From positions 28,042,409 to 28,106,408 of the forward strand of contig NC_068998.1 of assembly GCF_001194135.2 (NCBI RefSeq): 64,000 nt of DNA. Reading direction: 5' to 3'. The notes beneath the pieces were generated by a model. It was given only the letters and a program-made list of their open reading frames with translations, made no database searches and was not told the DNA's origin. The position numbers and the translations under genes are program-made. Shown one piece after another: positions 24,144-35,074 of the stretch (position 1 is the first letter of the stretch; each line of letters starts with the position of its first letter). Source of the stretch: Octopus bimaculoides. Its lineage: Eukaryota.

Positions 24144-24254
24144 TCATAGCATACCACGTATCATGTAATTCAAGATGCCACCATTCGAAAAGTATGTCCA
24201 CTCCACATCCGTATCAAATCGTAAAAGCACCTCAAATGTCTTTCCAGTACTCAG
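24144..24254 (-). CDS. ACO1: ACO1/IRP1 last coding exon (111 nt; [36 protein letters not shown])
   Basis: ttgcag acceptor; [11 protein letters not shown]-terminal motif; TGA stop. Confidence 0.96.
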   Translation of the reverse strand: MSTGKTFEVLLRFDTDVEWTYFSNGGILNYMIRGML

Positions 24255-24635
24255 CTGCAAATAAGAAAAAATAAAAGGATAACAATCGATGGAAATATGC
24301 AATCATATAAAGTGTATAGAAATGAAATACATCAAAAAACATTTTACATCAGAAAAAGCACAAATAATTCTTTAATCTTTTTGATATTAATCCACCTGAG
24401 ACAGCTTCAAGTTTTATGACAAACTTACTACTGTTTTAAAGTGGTTTAAATTATGATCTTCCATCAAAATTTTATGCTAAATTATTCCAGCTTAATAATT
24501 AGAAAGTTATTTTCCTAAATACTTCATTATTTTAAAGATTAATTGAAACAAAGGCAGATTATGTTAACAGAAATATGGTAACAAAAGGAATAAATGTACA
24601 TGAAAAACTAGGTGAAAAAACATGACGATACTTAC

Positions 24636-24821
24636 TTCAACAGTTGTTGTTAATTGAGGTTTCATTCCTGGTGGTACAGTAATTGTATATTGTTCTTTTC
24701 CAGTCAGGCCAAGGGATTCAGCTGACTCACCTGGCAAATATTGCAGAGGAATGATACCCATCCCAATAAGATTACTGCGATGAATTCGTTCAAAGCTTTC
24801 AGCTAGCACAGCACGGACACC
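24636..24821 (-). CDS. ACO1: ACO1/IRP1 coding exon (186 nt; [62 protein letters not shown])
   Basis: atctag/gtaagt sites; [12 protein letters not shown] motif. Confidence 0.97.
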
Positions 24822-25075
24822 CTAGATGTAGAGATAAAAAGAGAACATTGTATATTATTTAACACAAACTAACAATGTTAGTTAACATGGGAAAATGCTG
24901 CAGAAACAGACATTTATATCATTCCATATTTCAACAAATTAGAAGAATGTGTAGGTTCAGATTGAGCTTGTAATTCAATTACCTAACTAAAACAATGTAC
25001 AGTTCAATATTTAAGAGATGAATTATGTACATTATTTACATTTGACGGACATTTGTCCTCATCTTGTTTGTTGTT

Positions 25076-25121
25076 AACACAACGTTTCGGTTGAAATACC
25101 CTCCAGCCTTCATCAGGTGTC
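25076..25121 (-). ncRNA. Minimal type-I hammerhead ribozyme, catalytic core intact
   Basis: GACAC CUGAUGA A GGCUG gaggguauuu CAACC GAAAC GUU/GUGUU; helix I GACAC:GUGUU; palindromic AACGUU helix III; one mismatch in helix II. Confidence 0.8.
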
Positions 25122-25172
25122 TTGTGGAAATTTCAAACCTGGGTTCTCATTCCTAAGGTATTTCTCGATGTA

Positions 25173-25203
<31 letters not shown>

Positions 25204-25291
25204 TAAAAACCTGGAATCGAACCCCAAAATTCCGAGTTCGATTCCAAGCAGTGACCTGAGTAGTAGTAGTAATAATAATAATAATAATAAT

Positions 25292-25660
25292 AAGACTTGC
25301 TAATAGAAATTGAAAAAATGTGGCACCTCAAGGCAACTACCGTACCAGTGATAGTAGGATCTCTAGGAATGATAAAAAAAGGTACTGAAACCTATTTGAA
25401 AATGATACCAGGCTTACCATCCCTACAGGAAGTGCAAAAAATCATGTTAACTGGAACGACTCATGTACTGAGAAGAGCATTATCGCTGTGAAAACAACAA
25501 CCATTCATGATTTTTTTTTTTTTAAATACATATTTTACCTGTGAATTTGCGTGTGTAAACTGGGAATGCATACAACAAGTTTCTCTGCCCTAGGTGTACG
25601 AAAAACACTCGGCGAGAAATGGAAGAAAATTTGAAGAAAGAAGAAAAACAAAACACAATA
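25292..25660 (+). mobile_element. 5'-truncated R4/Dong-clade non-LTR element (RLE C-terminus plus 3'UTR)
   Basis: KDLLIEIEKMWHLKATTVPVIVGSLGMIKKG...LQEVQKIMLTGTTHVLRRALSL*; flanked on both sides by (TAA)n. Confidence 0.8.
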
Positions 25661-25737
25661 ATAATAATAATAACAACAACAACAACAACATTGAGAAATA
25701 CGTTAGAAATAAGAACCCAGGTTCGAAATTTCCCCAA

Positions 25738-25783
25738 GACACCTGAAGAAAGCTGGAGGGTATATCAGCCGAAATGTTGTGTT
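25738..25783 (+). ncRNA. Minimal type-I hammerhead ribozyme motif (CUGAAGA variant; GAAAU)
   Basis: GACAC CUGAAGA AAGCUG gaggguauau CAGCC GAAAU GUU GUGUU. Confidence 0.7.
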
Positions 25784-26599
25784 AACAACAAATGAGATGA
25801 CGACAAATAACCATCAAATGTAAATAATGTAAAACAATGCAATGTTTTAATGTTTGCATATGCCACTTCAACTTATATGTCGGAAAATAGGGTAGTAATC
25901 CTTCTAAGATTTATGACTTGTAGACATAACAACTAAAGAGGAAAGAATACATGAAGAAATAATCAGTTGCACCAGCAGTGGCTCAAGGAACTCAAATACA
26001 GCCAATTCTCAAAGCAGATCTTTGTAATTACAAGAGTTCTTTTAAATACTGATCATGGAACAGGACTTTACTTAGGTTTTCACTTGGTACATGCAGACAA
26101 AAAGTGTGAAATATCTCACTTTAGAGTGTAACAAAATAGTTATGGAAGGATTTCAACCAACCAACTAAATGTCAGGAATTCAAAATCTACAACTGCATTG
26201 CTTAATAAATGGCATAGCTAATATCTATACACAAATATATTGAGATGAAGTCACTGGAAAATTTGTTAGAATCATTTTAACTCTAATTTAAAGGTTAGGC
26301 TTTACATAAACTGATCAAAACTGGAAAATATATCCCTGCATTTGAAAACACAAATGAAAAAAATGCAATCAACATAGAGGGAATTAGCACAATACAGTTG
26401 CCTTTATTGAAATAAATATTGACACTTCAACCATAAGGCATTATATCCTGAAAATTCTCAAAAGAACTATAAAATATTGCAATTTAAATAACTTAAATTC
26501 AATTCTGTTGTCTATAATTTGAAAACAAAAGAACAAAAAAACAACCTTTTCTTATGTTCCTTAGGTGCCACATTTTACAACAAAGAGGTCCGATGCCCT

Positions 26600-26780
26600 G
26601 AATCATCACTGCTGCTATCCATGTTTTTTTTCCATGCTGGTATGGTTTGGATGGTTCAACAGGTCAAATGACCATGTTTTGCACCAATGTCCCAATTTTG
26701 GCATAGTTTCTTCTTTGGTCGGATGCTCTTCATAACACCAAATACTTTACAGTGTACTGGATGCTTTTTACATGGCAACA
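26600..26780 (-). mobile_element. Decayed RTE 3' tail
   Basis: ttccatgctggtatggtttggatgg...ggatgctcttcataacacc. Confidence 0.6.
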
Positions 26781-27300
26781 ATATTATAGAGGTTACTTGG
26801 CTCTGAAGCTCCTAAATTATTACTGCTAGATCCAATTTACCAACTATCTAGAGTGTACTAAATACTTGTTTTTGTGGCACCAGTGAAAGGGAATTCTCAT
26901 GGCAGATGAAACAGATTTTAGACTTGAAACAAATGGATAAATTGGGTATTGCTACAGGGATTTCAGTAGCAAATTTATTGTTAAAACACTGTGCCATACA
27001 ATTCAGTATGCAATAACATGTGAAATTATATAAGATTTTGTAATGAAGATGTTTACATAACAATGCTTCATCTGGCAATACTCCATGAGAGGTTTATTGG
27101 GTGTTACGCACCAATGGGATTATAGTAGCATAAGAAATTTTCAGATGAAAGATAATTAAATATCCAATTTGATTCATTTAGGGATGGTAGGGTTAGTATG
27201 AGTTAGTAATCTATCAAAATCATTGATCTCACATGCTAAACAGGCTCATTACTTTCAAATGAAAGGATAAATTAAAAGTGGGAGTGTACATTAAGCTAAC

Positions 27301-27467
27301 AGGAGTGGCTGTGTGGTAAATAGTTTGCTTATGAACCACATGGTTCCAGGTTCAGTCCCACTGCATGGCACCTTGGGCAAGTGTCTTCTACTATAGCCTC
27401 GGGCCGACCAAAGCTTTGTGAGTGGATTTGGTAGACAGAAACTGAAAGAAGCCTGTCATATATATGC

Positions 27468-27523
<56 letters not shown>

Positions 27524-27755
27524 GTGCATGTATGTATGTGTGTATATATGTTTGTGTGTCTGTGTTTGTCCCCCCCCCCCAACATCGCTTGACAACCGAT
27601 GCTGGTGTGTTTACGTCCCCATAACTTAGTGGTTTGACAAAAGAGACCAATAGAATGAGTACTAGGCTTATAAAGAATAAGTCCTAGGTTTGATTTACTC
27701 GAATAAAAGCGGTGCTCCAGCATGGCCACAGTCAAATGACTGAAACAAGTAAAAG
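27301..27755 (+). mobile_element. Full-length tRNA-derived SINE with internal (TA)n (central domain possibly Meta-type)
   Basis: aggagtggctgtgtggtaa...ggttcagtcccac head; gggcaagtgtcttc...gtggatttggtagacagaaactgaaagaagcc core; tail ccagcatggccacagtcaaatgactgaaac. Confidence 0.88.
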
Positions 27756-28271
27756 AGCCAATCAAATCATCAACTACAAAAGGTAGACAGTCACCATATT
27801 CAATCTCTAACAGAGAATGTTTATACATCTATTAAATTCAAAGTGGATGAGGAGAGAATTATTGATTACAATAGATAAGTTAACATTAAGCAATTCTTAT
27901 CAACAATAATAGTGACCTATGCCTTGCCATTCTCTTATAAGCTGGCATTGTAAAATAATGTCACTGACTAAACACTGTCAATGGTTATGTCTGCTGTGCA
28001 ATTCATTGTATAAAAGACCAGAGGAATAAGTATCATACTTGGAAATAAGCAAGGGTTGGAGACATGAGGGGCATCCAGCTATGGAATATTGCCTCAATTT
28101 AGTCTCATCCAACTCATGCCAGCATGGAAAAAACAGCTGTAAAAATGATGATCATGAAGAAGATGATGATGAGGACACTGATTGAATGCTTTTGTTATAC
28201 TTTCAAAAAAACCAGATTAACAGGTGGATTCATAATAAACATGGCAATTCAAACAAAACTTGTCAACTTAC

Positions 28272-28394
28272 CAGCATTGAAGGCCCTTTAGCTGCCCAGT
28301 CTCTGGAAGAACCAGAACCATATTCTTTTCCTGCTAATATGATAACACTATTATTGCTTTGCTTATATTTTTCAGCTGCATCAAATACATCCAT
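28272..28394 (-). CDS. ACO1: ACO1/IRP1 coding exon (123 nt; [41 protein letters not shown])
   Basis: cttcag/gtaagt sites; [16 protein letters not shown] motif. Confidence 0.97.
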
Positions 28395-28830
28395 CTGAAG
28401 AAGATAAAAAAAAAAAGCATTTTATATATGAGGTCTCATTAAAATTACAGCTAGGATTAGAAAATATTTTTTCCCTAAAAACTTATAGGGCAATCCAACT
28501 CTAGAGATGACTCTCATTTCAGTTTGAAAAGACATGTTTAAAGTGCACCAGGGTTGCTTATATAATTCCTGAAAATGATATCATAGTGGATTTAAGGATA
28601 AAAAAAAAATACTGACATAATATACATCTTACAAATTACATTGAATTGCACAATGTAATTTCTGATTCAAAAATCCATAGTAGCTTGAAGACCAGCAAAG
28701 GTTTTGAATTTGGAATCAAACATAAATTAAAAGAATAAATTCTTTTTTTAAATCTAGGACTCAAAATTTATCAAAAACCAACCACAATATTTACATTCGA
28801 TGGGTATTTGTCGTCATCTTGTTTGTTGTT

Positions 28831-28876
28831 AACACAACGTTTTGGCTGATATACCCTCCAGCCTTCATCAGGTGTC
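28831..28876 (-). ncRNA. Minimal hammerhead motif with G12-to-A change (probably inactive)
   Basis: GACAC CUGAUGA A GGCUG gaggguauau CAGCC AAAAC GUU GUGUU. Confidence 0.7.
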
Positions 28877-28923
28877 TTGGGGAAATTTCGAACCTGGGTT
28901 CTCATTCCTAAGGTATTTTTCGA

Positions 28924-28960
<37 letters not shown>

Positions 28961-29192
28961 GTTATTGTTATTGTTCAGGTCACCGCTTGGAATCGAACTT
29001 GGAATCTTGGGGTTGGTAGCCCACGCTCTTAACCACAACACCATATGCCCGTGGGTGTAGTGGTTAAGAGCGCGGGCTACTCACCCCAAAATTCCGAGTT
29101 CGATTCCAAGCAGTGACCTGAACAATAACAATAATAATAATAACATCAAAAAATACCTTAGGAATGAGAACCCAGGTTCGAAATTTCCCCAA

Positions 29193-29238
29193 GACACCTG
29201 AAGAAGACAGGAGGGTATATCAGCTGAAACGTTGTATT
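29193..29238 (+). ncRNA. Minimal hammerhead motif with a weakened helix II
   Basis: GACAC CUGAAGA AGACAG gaggguauau CAGCU GAAAC GUU GUAUU. Confidence 0.65.
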
Positions 29239-29634
29239 AACAAACAAGATGAGGACAAATATCTGTCGAATGTAAATAATGTACATAATTCCTCATCTCT
29301 TAAATATAGAATTGAACCAACCACAATGCCTATATTAAATGGAATTCAATGCAAAGTAACCATTTAATAAGATAAATTTCATTGCTAATACAATAAAAAC
29401 ATTTGCATATTGGGAAATCTAGAATAAAACAGATTTTTAAGTAAACTGTAAAACTTTGGTATATTTCTTCAGTAGTTCTTTAATAGCAATAACCACACTT
29501 ACATGTGTAACATTTACAAAAATGTACAAGTATTGTATATTTTACTGTAGCTAAAGGAATCTTAAGTCACCTCCTACTAGAGGGAGTCTTTTTTGCCTCT
29601 CATTATTTTGCAAGTTATTTGACAACATTCACCC

Positions 29635-29820
29635 GTGCCAGTGTCACGAAACAAGCCCCAAGTACACTCTGTAAAGTGGTTGGCATTAAGAAGGACAGCC
29701 AGCTGTAGAAACCATGCCAAAGCAGACATTGGAGCTCAATTGCAATGCCCTGGTTCATTGGATCCTGTCAAATAGTCCAACCAATACCAGCATGGAAAAT
29801 GGACATTAAATGATTATGAA
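29635..29820 (+). mobile_element. RTE 3' tail
   Basis: gtacactctgtaaagtggttggcattaagaagg...ccagcatggaaaatggacattaaatgattatga. Confidence 0.7.
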
Positions 29821-30639
29821 ACTGGCATTCTAAAACTCTGTTTAAGGCAAATGCTTAAAACATTTTAAACCTACCTCACTTGCATCACTCAGAAAGGTAG
29901 AGAAAGACAAAGAACTTGTGTTGGCACTTAGGAGAAATATACATTAAAGATATAAAAAATAACCATTTAGGGGTGTTAGCTCTAAGATTAATACACAGGG
30001 TTACAGAAACTGCTTGTCTTGAAGATGGGATATGCAGTTATATATACTACAATATCTAATGCTAAGTACTCAGAGAACAAAAGTTAAAGAATTTGCCATT
30101 ATAAACATATAATTTCAAACAACATTACCGTGAGCTAACAAAGGTTGATATTCTTAGTTATCAAAAAAAAAAAAAAAAGCTGTCTACACATACATATATA
30201 GCTTTAATCACTAAACCTTATTCCAAGTAAAAAGAACTAAGCATAAGACAAAAGAAGAGACACTGAGATTTCAAAATACATGTTTAACTACATTCATCCT
30301 TAAAAATTCTTAAATTGTATTTTGTTTTATTTTCAACTGATTTCAAGTGTCACAACATCCTTTTGTTGCCTTAAAGATTCATAAAATAATGCTGTAAAAT
30401 GATGACAAGTCCAGCACTAATAACACTAACTGAACTAAAGAGAAACAAAAGATGCATTCATCTTGCTTATAATCGTTTCTGAGGAACTTTTGCAGAAAAG
30501 AGGTATACATGAGTGAATCAACCTGATTATATTACTGGTATTTATTTTACTGACACAGAAGGGGTGAAAGGTAATGTCAACTCTGGCAAGATTTGTGTAT
30601 ATAATACGTTTATCTTCTCCTTTCGTCAGTGTCAATGTA

Positions 30640-31385
30640 CGAGGTGGTATCGAAAATCTCCTGGACTAGTTGTGTTTTAATAAAAAATAACTTATTTACC
30701 TAAGTTTTAATATCATCTCCTTCAAAATAGTCACCTTGCACCGGTTCCTGCATTCCTGCCACTTTTGGAATCTGGCCTGGAAATTGTTTTTTGTAAGTGA
30801 GTGCGATTTGCTCTTGGTCTCGACAAGTGTTAAAATGGCAACCTTTGAGCTCGGTTATAGGGTGCAATGATGTCGTGAAGAATCCAATTCTTTGTGGTCC
30901 ACAGATACAGTCGCTTTCGCTGAATGTCCTCCCTCAAATGCTTCAAAACGTTGATTGTCCTCCAATGATCCTTTTGATGACTTTTCCACATTTCTGGGGT
31001 GTGACGCTCATGGCAAGACTTCCAGATTGCTCATTGTCTTCCAGGGATGTTCTTCCACTTTTGAAGTGCCTGTGTCACTTGAAACATTGCGTTCGATCCA
31101 TTGCCTTGTCACCATAAGCTTGTCAAAGCATGCTCAATGTTCCTGTAGCAGACTTCCCAAGCTTAATGCAAAATTTCACACTGGCTCTTTATTCCAACTT
31201 TCTGTCCATGACAAAAATTGCAAACTACAGCATACATGTGATCACAAAAACACAAATTTCACTGAAGTAAACACAGTGATGCCACTCAGCACGCTGCCTC
31301 ATGAAGGTCACTGCACATGCAACCATGTACTGCCACCTGTTGGTGCATTACAGAACTAGTCTGGTAACATTTTGATACCACCTCA
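30640..31385 (-). mobile_element. Internally deleted mariner element
   Basis: TA-flanked TIRs (cgaggtggtatcgaaaat...gactagtt and its complement); transposase N-terminus MDRKLE*RASVKFCIKLGKSAT.TLSML.QAYGD.AM.RTQCF.W...FKSGRTSLED. Confidence 0.88.
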
Positions 31386-31538
31386 TATATTCTTATTTCC
31401 ATTTCATGAACACACAACTCAGAGAGCCTTTCTGTTTGACATTAATAGATAATCATGCTCTATTTCAAATAATCAGACTTCTAATTTTAATATCATACCA
31501 CACAAATATTAAATCTATATAGAAAAACAGTCACTTAC

Positions 31539-31686
31539 TGTGGCTCCAGTTGGTATGTGTAGAGTTTTAGGTCCTGGTTTAGACATAAATTTATTGACAA
31601 GTCTTATATTTGCAAAAGTGCCACGAACCATGACAGCATCATTACCTCTGCGAGAACCATAAGAGTTAAATTCTCGAGGTTTCAGG
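31539..31686 (-). CDS. ACO1: ACO1/IRP1 coding exon (148 nt; [49 protein letters not shown])
   Basis: tcctag/gtaagt sites; [10 protein letters not shown] and RGTFANIRL motifs. Confidence 0.97.
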
Positions 31687-32099
31687 CTAGGAAAGAAAAC
31701 ACGTGAATCTTTATTAGCACAAGCATTTTTCTTTATTTAAAACACAAAAAGATAAATGTAAGAAAAAAATTAATTAAAAAAGTACTTAACAACAAACAGG
31801 CAATCAGGCAAACTGACTTACATGAAAGTAGAATAGGAGCAACAAAACTCAATAATACGGCTGCATTAAGAATTATATAACATCTAGTTATATGCCAACA
31901 TAACAAATATTTTTTTACTACCACCTACGCATCAAAAAATTAATCATTGCAAACCATACAAAAAAATTAACCAAACTGACACACCAAACTGAAATTTACT
32001 GCTTTTCCAAATTTAGTAATTGTCGTGATTTTTATCAATTCTATGTACATAGGTACAGACAACAAATATACTTCCCACCTGACTTCACTGAAAAAGTCA

Positions 32100-33659
32100 T
32101 CTATATATATAAAACGAAGGATATGTGTGTGTAGTATGTATGCATTTCTACAGTTTTCAACTGATTTTCACCAAACTTTACACACATATTACTTTTCATG
32201 TACTATAACATTTTGCCCAGAGCTTCCATGTAAAGCGAGAAACCAAGGGAAAAGGTGCTTTACATAGGTTTTTCTCTAAAAACTACAGTTTTTAACCAAT
32301 TCTCTCCCTTTGACTTCTGCAGTTTTCAACTGATTCTCTTGCTTACATATATTCTCTCTCACCCTCTCTAAGTCTATGTCTGTTTCATTCACTCACACTA
32401 TTTGTATGTTCTCCCTACAACATTACCTCACTTATTAAAAATTTTTTGCACTCTATCTATTTACATTTCTCCCTCTATCAAAAACCATTGTGATACAGCC
32501 GATAAGCCTTCATTACTAACCAATGAGAATTCAACCACGTCACTGAGCATGCGTTAGAAAAAGATATTCTAAAGTGGCTCAAGGTTTTTCCACTCAACCT
32601 ATTTTCTTCTAGAGTTTTATCTGCTGAAATGGATTTGTAATTTCTGTTTACAAATTTTCTTTCTTGTGTGATATAATATCATTTCACTTTTATTCTTCTA
32701 CTTTTGTATATGTGTTTGCATGTTTGATATGTCAAAGGATATTTTATACCATGGCGACAACATCACATATATGAGTGTGTATGTGTGCATGTCTCTCTTA
32801 CTATATGTATGTGAGAGTATATGTGTGCATATCGTCACATTTTGTATATGAACGTGTATGTGCCTGCGAGTGTGTGTGTTTGCGTGCCCATTATGTACAT
32901 TATTAAGCACACACATACATATACATGTGTGACAAGGACAGCTGGAGATGAAACTCGACAAAAAACAATTACGTGAACGGTCCAAGTCATATAAAAATAC
33001 ACATCTACCGTTCAATTAACAGTTCATAATTATCACGGCAGTTGCAAGGTATTTAGTTTGCTTATATTTGGTTAATTCACACTGCTTACAAAAATATAGA
33101 CATACTACATACATAGAACTGCTTACAAAAATAGAGATTAATGTATATTTTTTTCTATGTTCATAATTCTTTGCTTAAAATACTGAAAAAAAATATGCCA
33201 CCAAAGAAAAGACATAATCTCTCCAGAAACACCTATAAAGTAAGGAGGTGTGCAGAAAACCAAAGGCAAGAGTCTCAAGAGATAAGGGACATGAGACTTT
33301 CTCGACATCAGTAAAGGCATGCTGCAGCATGTCAGATGGAGTCCCAAGAGAGAAGGGAGATGAGTCTTTCTCAAGATCAGCAAAGACATGCTGCACCACT
33401 TGATGCTGAATCATTAAAACAATGTTTAGCATGCCAGATTACACAGAGGTCCAATAGAATAGCTCTCAGAAACAGACCACATACAAATTATTTCTCACAA
33501 CACCTGGAGCTGCTTTCAGAAATTATCCAACACACTCTTATAAAAATGATAATTATGTCAAAATTGGTGAGCTAAACTATGCAAAGCTTTAAAATTTACT
33601 CCACAAATGTTTTGCTGTCAATGTTGCACTTTCCTGTATCACTTGTTTCAACGTAACTG

Positions 33660-33710
<51 letters not shown>

Positions 33711-33755
33711 AGCTATGCCATTTTAATACTGAGCAATGCTGGGTATCTCTGCTAG
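32100..33755 (+). mobile_element. Non-autonomous Helitron derivative retaining a RepHel-like N-terminus
   Basis: A|TCTATATATATAAAA 5' end; gagcaatgctggg decayed hairpin plus CTAG|T 3' end; ATG at 33195 gives MPPKKRHNLSRNT...RQESQEIRDMRLSRHQ*RHAA...ESQERREMSLSQDQQRHAA (STPR-like repeats). Confidence 0.7.
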
Positions 33756-34865
33756 TCTAAAATACAAAAATGAAAAAAAAGAAAATAATAGACATAATCA
33801 TCCTTGATACATCTGCCTATATTCTGAATTGTTCCAAGTGCCAAAAGCACAATACTCTTGTTTTGAAAATCTGAAAATTATCCCCCCATTGACACTGGGA
33901 GACAAAATGACCTCAAAGAGGATTATAGGAAGACCGAACATATTCAACTGAAACACAATCTCACCCACTTCAAAATAACTTCTACACTAAATTCTGAATG
34001 AAAATATTCTGGTCTAAAAGGTAAATCAAGTTTCCATTATATACATTTTTTCACCCAATCCAAATGATTTCAACTAAGTTTACAATACTAACAAAAATAA
34101 TCTCAAATCTGTTCTCATTTCTTCTAATCAACTATTATTTCACATTTCTTTACATTTTCTGTTTTTTTAATGTTATTAAATTATACCTCACTTGTTTACT
34201 ATTGTCAAATTCACAGGCCCAAATGATGTGCAAACTACCACTAGCAACAATTTGGCTGAAGATTAGCTCTAATTCTAATGAAATACCGGGGAGGAGAATA
34301 ATAGAAGTTCACAGTGGTAAGCTCTGTCACAGTGAAAAGGGAAACCAATTACAACAGCATTTTCATTCAAAACTGTTGAACTGAAACCATATTGAACCTG
34401 TCTGATATCAATCAGTAGGATTCACTAGACTGTCAGTCATGTGTATATCAGATTTGTAAAACAAGAAAACTGAGTTCTGACGTTTTGTGCAGGCTCTTAT
34501 CTTGTTTTACATACTGAAGAGTAAATTGTTTATATATCAAATGTTTAGCTCAAAGTTATCTATAAAGTTGACATACAATGTAAATCTAAGCCACATGACA
34601 TCATAGCACTTGATAGATTTATTACTAACTAGTGATACAAATCAACTATTTCACAATAACCAAGTCATAAATGCTATGTTATTTAGTATTGAGGTTGCTA
34701 ACTACTCGACTACCAAACCAAATAGTAATCAAATTACATGGAGATCTATATAGAGAGGAATAAGCTTTGATAAAGTTATAAAATATTAGAACTACAAAGG
34801 CAGAGAAGTGAACAAGACAGGAAGCATGTTTTCTTCAAAATTAGACAAAAACAAAATATACCTAC

Positions 34866-35008
34866 TTTAAAGAAGCTAAGTAACGAGCAGCAGGTGAATT
34901 TCTAGCAATGCTACCAGCTGGAGATATATGGTCTGTAGTAACAGAGTCTCCAAAATTCATAAGGACATAGGCATTTTTAATGGATTCAATAACAGGTAGT
35001 TCCTTAGT
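34866..35008 (-). CDS. ACO1: ACO1/IRP1 coding exon (143 nt; [47 protein letters not shown])
   Basis: ttccag/gtaggt sites; [13 protein letters not shown] motif. Confidence 0.97.
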
Positions 35009-35074
35009 CTGGAAAAAAAAGTTGTTAAAATATAATCCTGAAATTCTGTAAAGTTTAAAATTAATAATTTTCAA

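Larger units (their letters stand above)
24998..25829. mobile_element. Hammerhead-bearing tRNA-headed inverted-dimer element, copy 2, with a nested R4/Dong fragment
   Basis: hammerheads at 25076-25121 (-) and 25738-25783 (+); 10-bp direct repeat TAAAACAATG at 24988-24997 and 25830-25839. Confidence 0.85.
28789..29314. mobile_element. Hammerhead-bearing tRNA-headed inverted-dimer element, most complete copy
   Basis: palindrome centred near 29052; heads inward, hammerheads outward; 13-bp direct repeat AACCAACCACAAT at 28776-28788 and 29315-29327. Confidence 0.9.

Noticed and set aside
29046-29120. tRNA gene-like sequences here and at ~10160-10232, 27301 and 50066
   Set aside because: They have A/B boxes but no complete cloverleaf or acceptor stem, and continue into repeat bodies; these are SINE heads, not tRNA genes.
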